DNA of 51,182 nucleotides from Eledone cirrhosa (taxonomy: Eukaryota), in assembly GCA_964016885.1 (NCBI GenBank), contig CAXHJY010000845.1, positions 1 to 51,182 on the forward strand, in the 5' to 3' direction. A model generated the notes under the pieces. That model saw only the letters and a program-made list of their open reading frames with translations, made no database searches and was not told the origin of the DNA. This document shows, piece after piece, positions 1 through 12,010 of this stretch. Numbering within the stretch: position 1 is the first letter of the stretch; the number at the start of each line of letters is the position of its first letter. A program made the position numbers and the translations under genes.

Positions 1-1
1 T

Positions 2-2478
2 ATAACGCGCCTCCCGTTCCACCCTCCGCCAACTTGACGACCAACTGACCCCCACCCTCCTCCGCCTTAACTCCACCTGCCACCCCCTCCTCGCCCAAGC
101 CATCCTCTCCTTCATCCAAAACCTCAACCACAACCTCTTCTCCTTCCTCAGCTCCACCAAAGCCCGCAAGCTACACTCACTCCTACCAACCACCCCCATC
201 CACCACCACCCGCTCATCCCCATACGCCCACCACTCTCCACGTCTCCCTCGACCCACACCCCTACCCAATCTCCACCCTCCAACTCACCCCTCACCACAC
301 CCTCCCTTCCCCCTACACACCCAAACCCCACCACTTGTTGTCACCATACCCACTAACCTCCCCCTCTTCGCACCTGAGCGCTCACTCCTTAGTAGAGGCC
401 TTCGCTTCATACCGCACACTCCGCACAGCGACGAGTACCGCACCCGAACGGAAGTCGAGCGATTCGTGCGACGCACTAAGCTACAGGCACATTTCGGCTG
501 AACGCCACCGGCTCCGGACGCCCCAGACCCGTTTCTCGCCCTGGGCCGACGACCATCTTCTTGGACGCCGGCCCCAGGGCAATTTAGCACCCTGGACGCG
601 TTCTTCGATGCCAGCCGTAGCGCAGTATATCGTTTCGACTTCCGCCACCGTTCCAAACGGTACAATATCTCACGGGGCGAACTCCTCGCTCTCCGCTCCC
701 TCCGTAGCCGAGATGACATCGTCATCAAACCGGCGGACAAGGGAGGCGCTGTGGTGGTGTGGCGCGCGGACTTCTACACGGCCGAAGCCCTCAGGCAGCT
801 CTGTAACCCCCTCTTCTACCGCCCTCTACCCTCCGATCCCACCCCCCTCTACCAACAACAAGTCTCCTCCAACATCCAAGATCTTATCGCCTCCTCCCTC
901 CTCTCCCCCACCGTTTCCCACCTCATCGTCCGCACCCCCCGCACCCCCACCATCTACTTCCTCCCCAAACTCCACAAACCCGACAACCCCGGCCGCCCCA
1001 TCGTCTCCGCTTGCAACTGCCCCACCGATCTCATCTCCGCCTTTCTCGACTCCCCCCCCCCCCCTTGTCACCACCCTCCCCTCCCACATCTCCGACACCA
1101 ACCACGCCCTGCGCCTTTTCGACTCCTTCACCTACCCACTCGGCCCACAGCCCTTCCTCTTCACCCTAGACATCAAGTCCCTCTATACCGTCATCCCCCA
1201 CGCCGACGGCCTACGCGCCCTCAAACACTACCTCGACCTTCGCCCCTCCACCATTCCCTCCACCCCCACCCTCCTTCGCCTCGCCGAGCTGGTCCTCACC
1301 CTCAATTGTTTCTCCTTCTTTTTACCAACAGGTCACGGTGGTAGCCATGGGTACAAGAATGGGCCCGAACTATGCCAACCTTTTTGTTGGCCATGTTGAG
1401 GCACAAATATTTGCCCAGTACACCGGCCCCACGCCCGAACTGTACGGTCGTTACATTGACGACTGTATCGGAGCCACGACCCTCACCCGAGAACAGTTCC
1501 ACTCCTTTCTCTCCTTCTTCTGCTCCTTCCACCCCTCCCTCCACTTCACCACCTCTATCTCCACCACCCACGGCCACTTCTTAGACATCTCCGTCGCCTT
1601 CGACCCCTCCCACCACTCCCTCGTCACCTCCGCCTTCTTCAAACCCACCGACTCCCACTCTTACCTCGACTTCACCTCTTCCCACCCGACCCACACTAAA
1701 CACTCCATTCCCTACTCCCAACTCCTCAGGATCCGCCACCTCTATTGCCGAGATCCTGACTTCGAGTCCCAGGCCCTTTCCCTAGTCAGCTATTTCATCC
1801 GCAGAGGTTACCCCCCTCTCTCGTCCACACCGCTCTCACCCGCGCCCGTGCTGTCCACCGCTCCACCACCCTCACCCCACGCCACCGCACACCCACCCAT
1901 CGTCTCCCCTTCCCCATCACCTACCACCTCTCCACCTTACCCCTCCACCGAACCATCCGCCGCCTCTTCCGACGCCTCCAGTCCGACCCCTCCACCTCCC
2001 ACATCTTCCCAACCCGACCACTCCCCTCATTCAAACGCGCACGCAATCTCCGCACCCTCCTCGTCCACAGATCCCTACCCCCCAACCCACGTTCTGTTCC
2101 CCCCCGGTTCCTTTCCCTGTTCTAGGCCCCGCTGCAACACCTGTCCCCACATCACCAACACCACCACCTTCCAAGGTCCCAATGGCCACTCTCTCTCTGT
2201 CCGGCATGCCTTCCGCTGCACCACCTTCAACCTAGTCTACGGGACGTCGCCTGGTGGACCGATTCACTGAGCACCTCCGGGATATTCGTCTCGGTGGTAG
2301 TTCCCCCAACGCCCGCCACTTTGGTGGCCCTGGACATTCCGCACGCCATCTTACAGTCTGTGGCCTACTCCAATGCCACGGAACACCCGCCAATCGCCTT
2401 AGAGTCGAACAAAGAACTATCTTCATCTTACAGACCCACACTCCCCCCGGCCTGAACTCCCCACCCTTATTCCTTTAG
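2..2478 (+). pseudogene. PLE reverse transcriptase / GIY-YIG endonuclease polyprotein, disrupted by stops, frameshifts and a deletion
   Basis: Motifs across frames: LSRGLRFIP, IKPADKGGAVVVW, YFLPKLHKPDNPGRPIVSACNCPT, LFTLDIKSLYT, GVAMGTRMGPNYANLFVG, YGRYIDD, FKPTDSHSYLDFTSSHP, SIPYSQLLRIR, Cys linker PCSRPRCNTCPHI, NLVY..[YIG missing]..RRLVDRFTEHL, LQTHTPPGLN. Confidence 0.92.
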
Positions 2479-3950
2479 CCTTCGACCCCCCCCTCTCCCC
2501 CCACACTTATCCCCCACTAACACCACTAACACACCCCTCCTTTTCACCGCCCACCTCACAACTAACAATACAAACACCTCCACCTCACCCCTCATCCGAC
2601 CACCCTTCCCCAACTAACATACTAACATCCCTCCCTTCTTCTCCTACCCCCTCCTTATCACACGCACACACCCACCGGCACATATATACACGCGCTCACA
2701 CTAAACACACACCCTACTACCACCACTAACCCTCACCCCCACACCTCTATCCCACCACCCCGCAACTAACCTCACTAACAACCCCTGACCCCAAGCACAC
2801 GAACACACGCACCCACTTACACCACCCACCCCACATGCAACTAACATCACTAACACCCCCCAACCCCACGCACACGCACCCACACACCCTCGTACACCAC
2901 CAACTCTACACACCCTACCACCACTAACCCCCTCTCACACCTGCATTCAACCCTTTCCCCACCTCCCGTATACTAACACCCACTAACACCCCCTTCATCA
3001 AACTACACACACACCAGTACACCACACTCCCTCCATAGAACTACACACACCCTTCTCTCCCCGCTCCACCCACACCCTCGCTCCACACTCACTCATCCTA
3101 CTACACCTCTACTAATACACACACACACCCTCCTCACTCCAAATTTCACACCTACCCATCCTCGCCCCTTTACCATTCCACCCGACTCTTGCTATGCCCT
3201 CTGACCACCTCCCAGCACAAACAGACACACAGCACTCCCACCGCTTGACCACTTCCTGTTCCGCACGCACCCCACATCTCTCCTCTTCCGACCACCTCTT
3301 CATGGAATACTCGTATGTGGAACTTGACCACCACGGAATCTACTAAACATCATAGGAATTTACCAACATTTCAACCATCCTCTTACTTACCAACATTTCA
3401 ACCACCTATATAACTCACCCACACACACACCCAAACATTTTTTTTCTCCCACACGCCACCTACACCCACAACACGCTTAAACCCCACACACACGTACTTT
3501 CCACCACATATTTACACCCTCAACATCCTGATTCCTCTCCCCCCACCCCTCTATCCAAACACGCACAGACACTCCGACCTACAACCCCCCCCCCACACCT
3601 CTTCCTGAACATGCAACCCCGTTCTTCCCCCAACCCTTACATTCACATACACACACACACACGTGCACCTACACACACACACCATCTTCAGCCCTCCCCG
3701 CTCGGACACGCCGTCTCCCTCTCCCCACTCCACCCGCCACCACCCCTACCCACCCCACACCCTTCCACCACGTTTTTACCCCTTTTTAATTTCAGTTTAT
3801 TTTGATCATGCTTTTATATTTATTTTTATTTCATTCCTTTTATTTTGATCATGCTTTATTTTTATTTTTATTTTTAATTTCATTCGCACCGTTTCCTTTC
3901 GCTATATGTCTCTCGTACACACCCTTTGAACTCTGTTCCCACACACTTCT

Positions 3951-3984
3951 CACCTGAGGAAGGGCTTATGCCCGAAACTTCGTT
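3951..3984 (+). ncRNA. Minimal type-I hammerhead motif in PLE 3' end (stem III mutated)
   Basis: CTGAGGA-A-GGGC-TTAT-GCCC-GAAAC-TTC; the sister copy at 10533 has the palindromic GAAACGTC; stem I is weak. Confidence 0.7.
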
Positions 3985-4073
3985 CCCCACCACCACCCCA
4001 CTCTCCAGAGCGTGAAATTAATAAACATTCGTTGTACTGCCTCTCTGTTTTGTTCCTGTTCAAATTTTTCCAT

Positions 4074-4506
<433 letters not shown>

Positions 4507-4507
<1 letters not shown>

Positions 4508-4580
4508 GTGAGTTCGATTCCTGGACCAGGCGATGCGTTATGTCCTTGGGCAAGACACATAATTCCACGTTGCCCCTTCT
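4507..4580 (+). mobile_element. tRNA-derived SINE fragment
   Basis: B-box GTTCGATTCC followed by tgtccttgggcaagacac, similar to the SINE at 20222-20508. Confidence 0.6.
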
Positions 4581-4739
4581 ACCTGGAGTTGCGACCGATA
4601 GATAGTATTAGCAATTGGAAAGACCAACGGAAACATTGTTCCCTCGGTCCGATTTGACGAAAGTCGATCGACTCCTATATATAATGTAATATATAAGAGC
4701 AAAAGATGGTTAAAAGAGTTCCATGTATTTTATTATGTA

Positions 4740-4806
4740 TTTTATTATGCGCATTTCAAAGACAAATATCATCATGCAATAATATTTCTGTTTTCATCAG
4801 ATAAAA
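4740..4806 (-). ncRNA. Type-I hammerhead ribozyme, intact core
   Basis: Minus strand: TTTTAT-CTGATGA-long stem II-GAAA-TGCGCA-TA|ATAAAA; 6-bp stem I, palindromic stem III ATGCGCAT, AUA cleavage triplet. Confidence 0.85.
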
Positions 4807-5029
4807 CAGGAAGACATGATATGAAGGTTAAAAAACACTTGTGGATAGTGCAGTTTTAAATCAACATATGAAAAGTAGTTTTAGATTGATGTGTGATATT
4901 GGGGAAAAAAAAAATATATATATATTTTTTTTCCCAATATCAGACATCAATCTAAAACTACTTTTCATATGTTGATTTAAAACTGCACTATCCACAAGTG
5001 TTTTTTAACCTTCATATCATGTCTTCCTG

Positions 5030-5096
5030 TTTTATCTGATGAAAACACAAATATTATTGCATGATGATATTTGTTTTTGAAATGCTCATAATAAAA
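5030..5096 (+). ncRNA. Type-I hammerhead ribozyme (inverted partner of 4740-4806)
   Basis: TTTTAT-CTGATGA(5036-5042)-AAACACAAATATTATT/GATGATATTTGTTTTT stem II-GAAATGCTCATA|ATAAAA. Confidence 0.8.
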
Positions 5097-5306
5097 TACA
5101 TGGAACTCTTTTAACCATCTTTTGTTCTTATATATTATATATACTCCAGTCCTACAAACTGTAGAGTGCTTCTTATCCGATATCTGCATTGCTTTATTGT
5201 ACTACAATAAAACTCACCTCCTACATATATATATATAATATACATATATATAATATATATATATATATAATATATATATATATAATATATATATATATAT
5301 TATATA

Positions 5307-5501
5307 TAACAAAGAAATTGTGGTAAGGAACCAGATGAACCATAACGCACCAGACTCCTCAATACTTAGGGTAGTAGAGTGGGAAATAGGAAAAAGTATG
5401 ACCTCCACGGCAGAGCTGAAGCCGATTCGTCGGCTACTTCTGGAGTCGAGAAATAGCCGTCGAAACGGCTTGAGCTCTGCCGTCGAGATCATACTTTTTC
5501 C

Positions 5502-5505
<4 letters not shown>
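5307..5505. mobile_element. Short fold-back PLE-type end (family A/B/C, copy A) containing HHR 3' halves
   Basis: Near spacerless palindrome 5389-5501; GAA-ACGGC-ttgagctct-GCCGT-C (stem III plus GUC); tail 5307-5388 similar to those at 10683 and 35950; TA on both sides. Confidence 0.7.
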
Positions 5506-5544
<39 letters not shown>

Positions 5545-5546
<2 letters not shown>

Positions 5547-5745
5547 TGAATGGACTGTGGTCCCTATCATTCCACTGCAAAGTGGTCGTGGAGGTGCCAC
5601 GGCAAAAAGCACCCAGCACTCACTGTAAATGAGGTTGGTGTTAAGAAGGGCATCCAGCTCTAGAAATCAAGCCAGAATCAGTTCCCGTCCCACCCTTGCA
5701 AGCAGGGAAAAGTGGACATAAAATGAAATGATGATGATGATGATA
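5545..5745 (+). mobile_element. SINE 3' part with RTE-related tail
   Basis: ggttggtgttaagaagggcatccagctctagaaa motif, ending gtggacataaaatgaa(atg)n; family assignment from recall. Confidence 0.6.
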
Positions 5746-5749
5746 TATA

Positions 5750-6142
5750 TAACCAATACCCGTCTCTTCAAATATATATATATATATATATGACCAACGC
5801 CCGTCTCTTCATATACTCAGAAACTATTTAAAGCACCGCATTCTACCCAATCTCCCCTTCGACACACACACACACACTATCACACCATGTCACCCCTGTC
5901 ATGCACCCTGTCCCCCCAGCCTGGATGCCCCTATAGGTTTTATGTTAATTTGAATTTGTTTTATTTATTTTTTTAATTTCTTTCTTTAACCTTCCCGTAC
6001 TACTCCTTGTAATGTCTCTCTCCTTCTATCCGAACTTTCCCGATGAATGACTTCTGTCCGAAACCTACTCCACTTCCACCAAGCGCGAACCTAATATAAC
6101 TGTGTAAAATTTCATCCTGTATTTTGTTTGTTCATTTTCAAC
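5750..6142 (+). mobile_element. 3' end of a second PLE family with degenerate HHR
   Basis: Same layout as 3780-4074 (T-rich block, pyrimidine tract, CCGATGA-ATGAC-TTCT-GTCC-GAAAC at 6040-6064, tail, TA array). Confidence 0.6.
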
Positions 6143-6221
6143 TATATATATATATATATAGGTGTATGTGTGTGTGGATGTGTCTGTGTGTCTGTATTTG
6201 TACATACATATATATATATAT

Positions 6222-6347
6222 GAATCTTGTCTGATGATCCTCTGAGTGCGCTGGTGAAAATCCAGATTAGAAATGTTAACCACTTAGCCATAATAAATAT
6301 GTTCGGTATTGAGTACTCATTCTCACGCCTGTCAATAATCTACGTTT
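6222..6347 (+). mobile_element. Solo PLE-type 3' end with degenerate HHR
   Basis: CTGATGA at 6231, tctg/caga stem, GAAATGTTA at 6270, AATAAA at 6292, TA-flanked. Confidence 0.5.
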
Positions 6348-7082
6348 ATATATATATATATATGATGGTGTGTGGATGTGCGCATGTTTAGAGATAGAGA
6401 AAGGAAGAGTGAAAATGATAGATATATAGAGATATACACATTCTACATATACACACATGCACATACAGGCATAATTTAATTTGAATCAAATTCCAGATCG
6501 AATGAAAACACCGATAGTGAACGTATACGTGTCTGCTGAACGAAGAGGGAATAAGGGGATAGAGAGAGCGAGAAACATATGAAAAGATGAATAAGCGACA
6601 AACGAATAACAATATCTAGCGAGTTTGAATATATGGTGCCTCCCGGTGTCTAAAGAGTGTTGAAATAATGTTATATAAATGAGAAGTTACTGACAGTTAA
6701 AGGGGCACACATAGAATGAACTCTATAGGTGCTAGGAATACTTTTGTTTCTTTAATAGATTATTATCGTTATATGTTCTTCTTACGCAGCCAAACTTTCC
6801 TATTATGTGTTTTAGCGTTAACACATTCTTTCGTCGTAGACAACATGGACATATTGAAATATTCAATGGATTATAACTAAAAGCAATGCAAAGAAAAACT
6901 TACACACACGCGCACACACACACATATATATAAGCACACGCACGAAAAAACATGCATGGACACACATGTACGAACGCACACAGACACACACACACACACG
7001 CATACATACACAAATACTTCTACTCAGATTACATTTATTATATTCAGCTACGTAGAGCGATACATTTTTTTTTTACACACAC

Positions 7083-7085
<3 letters not shown>

Positions 7086-7115
<30 letters not shown>

Positions 7116-7129
7116 TGTATGTATGTATG

Positions 7130-7157
<28 letters not shown>
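7086..7157. repeat. (TATG)n microsatellite
   Basis: Direct reading. Confidence 0.97.
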
Positions 7158-7161
<4 letters not shown>

Positions 7162-7170
7162 ATGTTCTAT

Positions 7171-7250
7171 TCGTTCAGCGTATCGGTAGGCGTTCTCCTA
7201 GATGGATATAAAGTATTGGCCGTACTCGAAAACGAGTTGGCAGCCACCAT
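7171..7250 (-). repeat. Dispersed ~80-bp repeat shared with 28282-28361
   Basis: atggtggctgccaactcgttttcgagtacggcc...ccgatacgctgaacga present at both loci in opposite orientations. Confidence 0.85.
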
Positions 7251-7339
7251 GTAAAATGTAAACAGAAATAACGTCACAATCGGTACAGTATATATGGAAG
7301 GGATATATTAGGTTAACGCTTGATATAGCAGAAAGAGGG

Positions 7340-7375
7340 TCTTAACGTTTCGGACGCTAGTCCTTCATCAGAAGA
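7340..7375 (-). ncRNA. Minimal type-I hammerhead ribozyme, intact
   Basis: Minus strand: TCTT-CTGATGA-A-GGAC-TAGC-GTCC-GAAACGTT|AAGA; 4-bp stem I, palindromic ACGT stem III. Confidence 0.85.
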
Positions 7376-8689
7376 AAGATTGAGAAATAAGATAGATTGA
7401 GGGGACGGGCGGGTTGGAATAGGAAAAAAATGTCTTTAGATAAAAATACCAGCTCCATTCATATTGACATCTCGGGTGTTATATGCTTGAAATATAACTT
7501 GTGAAAAAAAAAATCCAGAGTTGCTCATGAAACGAATTTGGGACATTCTAATGCGAATGAATAATCGCGGATAGAAATCCTTGATAGTGTCTACTACCCA
7601 AAACAAAACAAAAATAAAGAAGAAAAGAAGAAAATTGCAGAGTTAAAGGAAAAAGAAATTGGTACAGATGATACTAGAATATATTGGATTGGCTGACATC
7701 GCGGTGTGGAAGCTGAGAAAACTACTTTATTACTGGAATTAAGACTAGTTTAAAGTGTATGTATGTTTGCAATTGCGTGGCTGCATTGCTGTCGATGTCG
7801 ATGCGAACCAGTACAACGTGGAAGATAAAGAAAACGAAAGTAGGAAAGAAGGAATATACCCCCTCCCCTCTCTCTCTCTATCTATCTATCTATCTATCTG
7901 ACCAGTCGAGATTCTTTATTGAAACCATGCTCTTTTAATAGTGAAAATATTTCTGCCAAGTAGCATTGCTAGTAAATATGTCAAGAAGTTTGTGGTTATA
8001 TCCTCGACGTCCTTCTTATTTCCTATGCATGTTTGTTGGTGTTAGAGTGTGTCTTAATTATGTATTTGTTGTCTTTGTTCGCATTTATATGTTCAGAGAG
8101 TATTTTGAAGGATTCACGCCAGGAAAATTACTTAAATAAAGTAAATATCACATTCATTTTATGGATTATGTTATTATTAAGCTAAACATTTTAATTAAGC
8201 TAGAGGTGTTCTTGGAAAATTATGCAATAATTTTATTTTTTGTTTATTCTTAGTTTTATTATATCCAGTAATAATTGCAGCACGAAAAATGTTGGTCTTT
8301 GTTAAAGTGTGTGAATGAAAGGCTGCAACACACCGATCATTGTTATGTCACGAATGTGCCTGAGAGGCGTGGAAAGGGATAGAAAATGTGAGCATCAGAT
8401 CTTAAATAATATGTTATGTTCAATTCCAGCCAACGTCAGCGATCAAATAGTGTTGTTGTCCACACCGTCTTTCTCATTTTCTTGGGGATGAGTTTGAAGA
8501 AACAAGTAACATCATATATGGGAAGTCACATGACAAGAGTAAATTAAGGTCCTTGTGCAAAAGATAGAAATCAGTTTAAAAATCAAAGTAGTGGTGAAGC
8601 AGGAATGATAAAGCACGGAACTAAATAATTAAATGATTTTGTTTGTGTTTTGTTCCTTTTCTTCACCCAATTATTCCTTGCAAGGTTTG

Positions 8690-9730
8690 GAGTACAACAC
8701 TGAGGCGTGCCTTTCAGAAAAACGTATCAGCTGAATCTCAAAATTATCCACCTGGATACCTAAGTGAGACCAACCGATCTCATAGTTGTTATCCAACTAT
8801 TTTGTTTCGTGGTATACATTTGAGACTCCTGCAGATTGGCCCTTCCTGAAAATGTGTCCAGGGTCCCTCTCCTTTGGAATTTTAATCTCATGTCCATAAT
8901 ACCGTAGCTCTTATCTCTCAATGAGAAGTAGCGGTTCTATCTGGGGCAACTATCAGATCAACGATCTATACGCCCTATCAAACAACCTTATTCCAAAGGC
9001 ATTTTGGATGAACCCCAATTCGGCTACATGTATTCCTGATCGTAAGCATTCGGTAATTACTGTTCGTCAGCTAGCTTCTACTCGACAATATCTTTACCAG
9101 ATACTTAGTATCATCTTTAGTGGGATGGCTTAACAAGAAGATTCTCTCTTGTCCTTCTTTTTGAACATTAAGTATACCACACCCCATTGCCATGCTTTGG
9201 TGCTTTCGTGGAAATTCAGGCCAATATATACATATGAATCAGCCAGAGCATAACTTTTCTATTTACGTCTCCCGAGATGATTTGCTATGTTTGACCACTT
9301 TAATTACTCTAAATGAACACATCGTTCCTCAAATACTGTTGTCATCGAATCTAGGTAATTTGCAGCAGGCTTTGAGGGGGCTACTTATTATGAAGCGCGT
9401 CTTCTTGCTCAGATGACAACTTCAACTTTCTGGTTGAACCAGTGGTCCCTGCTGGTTCAATGAGGAAACTGCTGCACTGAAAAGGTTCCACTCCGTCTCA
9501 ATGTCTTCTGTTTCTGCAAGCTGTTCTTTGAATTTGGATTCCATAGTATCCGCTTATCCTGTCCCATTCTACTCATCAACCATCACTTTCCACTTTATTG
9601 TATAAGTCGAGCTGGACCGGCAAGTTTTGTGGGTCTTTGTTGGATTTAGGTAGTTTCAGGTTGCATATAACCTGATGGAAATCAATTGACATTTCAGTCT
9701 CTCTTTTAACACGTACATCCAGCACAAACT
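8690..9730 (-). pseudogene. Old RTE-clade LINE relic (end of APE, linker and RT fragments)
   Basis: Minus-strand peptides VLDVRVKRETEMSIDFHQVIC (APE C-terminus), DIETEWNLFSAAV, WQWGVVYLMFKKKDKR (RT N-terminal motif); many stops and deletions. Confidence 0.7.
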
Positions 9731-10359
9731 CGAAGTGATCACACACGACAAAAAAAGAAAACAGTATTTTCCTCTGTCCTCTATTTCCTTCATACCATGT
9801 TCACCTATAATTATCTTTGAGCTGGAAAAGGTTATATATATTAGAAAGCCGATTACGAGAACATATTTTTCAGTTTAAAAAAATTTCAGGAATATCTTTT
9901 CGTTCAAGCTACTTGAGCCAAATGAAATATGTATTAGACTGTTAGCTTAATATATGCCACATGTATAAAAAAAAGATTCTGGCCTGGTATTATAGAAATC
10001 ATTATTGCCATAACTGGTTTTGATTCCGAGTAGGATTCCCTTCCGTTTAAGACATCATGTTCTATATTCAGATATAGATTCTCCTAAGCTCATCTCCGTC
10101 TATATATTTTGTCACGCATGTTGGCCAACAGAAGTTAAGCTTAAACACCACCTCAGAAGGACTGCAATGTTCATATGCAAGGACTTTCCGTTTTATTTAC
10201 ATGTGTGTGCGCAAGAATGTGTGTGAAATAATACACAACACTTTGTCGCTGTGAAGCTATACCAGCGATACATATCCAGGAATTTTGTGTATAAAACAGT
10301 TTTAAGGGGTGCACCCACGCAGAAAACATTTGATATAGCTTTACTATTGATATAGCTTT

Positions 10360-10391
<32 letters not shown>

Positions 10392-10393
<2 letters not shown>

Positions 10394-10651
10394 CCTTTCA
10401 TTTTATTTTGATCATGCTTCATTTTTATTTTTAATTTCATTCGCACCGTTTCCTCCCACCCCCTTTTCGCTATAATGTCTCTCCACCACTCCCCTACACA
10501 CCCTTTGAACTCTCTTCCCACACACTTCTTACCTGAGGAAGGGCTTATGCCCGAAACGTCGTTCCCCACCACCACCCCACTCTCCAGAGCGTGAAATTAA
10601 TAAACATTCGTTGTACTGCCTCTCTGTTTTCTTCCTGTTCAAATTTTCCAT

Positions 10652-10652
<1 letters not shown>
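10392..10652 (+). mobile_element. 5'-truncated copy of the 3' end of the PLE at 1-4074
   Basis: Highly similar to ~3830-4074; TA arrays on both sides. Confidence 0.92.
10531..10563 (+). ncRNA. Minimal type-I hammerhead motif
   Basis: CTGAGGA-A-GGGC-TTAT-GCCC-GAAACGTC; GUC triplet; stem I only ~2 bp. Confidence 0.75.
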
Positions 10653-10682
<30 letters not shown>

Positions 10683-10683
<1 letters not shown>

Positions 10684-10830
10684 TAACAAAGAAGTTGTGG
10701 TAAGAAACCAGGTGGACCATAACGCACCAAATTATTCGATACTTAGGGTAGTAGAATAGGTAATAGGAAAGTTCGGATCTAGCTGTCGAAACGGCCGCTG
10801 CTGAGCCGTCGGGGTTCTGACTCTTTCCCG
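10683..10830. mobile_element. Family A/B/C copy B: antisense tail joined to a sense HHR 3' half
   Basis: Tail similar to 5307-5390; tagctgtc-GAA-ACGGC-cgctgctga-GCCGT-C at ~10780-10810. Confidence 0.7.
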
Positions 10831-11544
10831 ATATATATTATATATATATATATATGTATAAATGTGTGTGTATGTGTAAACATAATTTATAAGGGAATAT
10901 GATGTATTTCAAATAAATAAGGTTAATGTCGAAAACAAATTCATTTCTGAATGATTACCTCACAGTAATTTTTAACAGTTTGATTCTGGGGTTTGAATAT
11001 TTCCGAAAATTCTTATCGCAACTGTGATACGATTTTGTAGAACAAGTACACTAGCAATTTTCCGTCAACTAATGTTCCGAGACCTACTTTCCTTCGAATT
11101 TAATTATCGTTGAAGATTGGAATTTCCCTCGACACGCTATATTAGTTAGTTCATCATATGATGCTACAGTCTGACATTAGATATACTTTTAAACATTTGT
11201 ATCGTCATATCATTATAGTGGAGAATCAAGGAGAATACTTCGGGATTCGTAACATATTTCTAATTAAATGATATAGAGTCGAGCTAAACGGGTAATTAGG
11301 CACGAGTGCAAGAAAATCGCTTTTCTACCTGTATTCGTAATATGTTTTGATGTTGATTGTAAGTGATACAAAAAATGTCATTACATAAGTCATTTATCAA
11401 AAGATGTATGTTTGAGTAGCTACTAGTATTAACGTGTTACTCATAAAATGAAGTATTGTGTTGTAATGACATGTAACACATATTTTAGGGGTCCTTGTGA
11501 CCAACAACTTCACAACTGCTATATGACAGCTACGTAACAACATA

Positions 11545-11599
<55 letters not shown>

Positions 11600-11630
11600 G
11601 TACTGCTGCTGCTGCTACTACAACTACTAC
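11545..11630. repeat. (TAC)n/(TGC)n microsatellite
   Basis: Direct reading. Confidence 0.95.
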
Positions 11631-11880
11631 ATTTGCTCAAATTTAAATTTAAAAAACTACTCACTACTGCCAGCATCATTGGCCTGGCTCCTAAAAGGTT
11701 CACTTCACATGTCTCTTATTTCACTTCCATTATCTCCTCTTCCTCTATGCCTTTCTTTCTTAGAGACTCACCCACATTCACGCTCTGTCACAGTATCTTT
11801 CTTCCTATTTCCCTCGGTAATATACATTTCCACTTTCTGAGTCTACTAGTTTCCTAGTATACACACACCCATATATATAT

Positions 11881-12010
11881 ATATAGTAATAATAATAAAT
11901 GTGAAGACTAAAATATGTTATTTTAATAAATATATATATATATGTATGTGTACATATATATATATTTATTAAAATAACAGATTTTAGTCTTCACATTTAT
12001 TATTATTACT

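Larger units (their letters stand above)
1..4074 (+). mobile_element. Penelope-like retroelement (probably Neptune-type), cut by the window start, with long C-rich 3' UTR and HHR-bearing 3' end
   Basis: RT and GIY-YIG remnant coding to 2478, C/A-rich UTR, HHR at 3954-3981, AATAAA at 4020-4025, ends directly in a (TA)n array; the same 3' end recurs at 10392-10652. Confidence 0.92.
4681..5222. mobile_element. Fold-back PLE-type terminal repeat pair (~230-bp inverted arms, centre ~4920), one HHR per arm, 3' tail on the right
   Basis: 4681-4915 is the reverse complement of ~4925-5140; right arm continues into a tail with AATAAA and ends in (TA)n. Confidence 0.85.

Noticed and set aside
335-1399. 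354-aa Pro/Ser-rich ORF as a separate gene
   Set aside because: Shadow frame of the C-rich PLE; only its C-terminal part is true RT after a frameshift
4681-5140. MITE interpretation of the palindromes
   Set aside because: Asymmetric 3' tail, hammerhead cores and isolated 3' stubs fit PLE ends better
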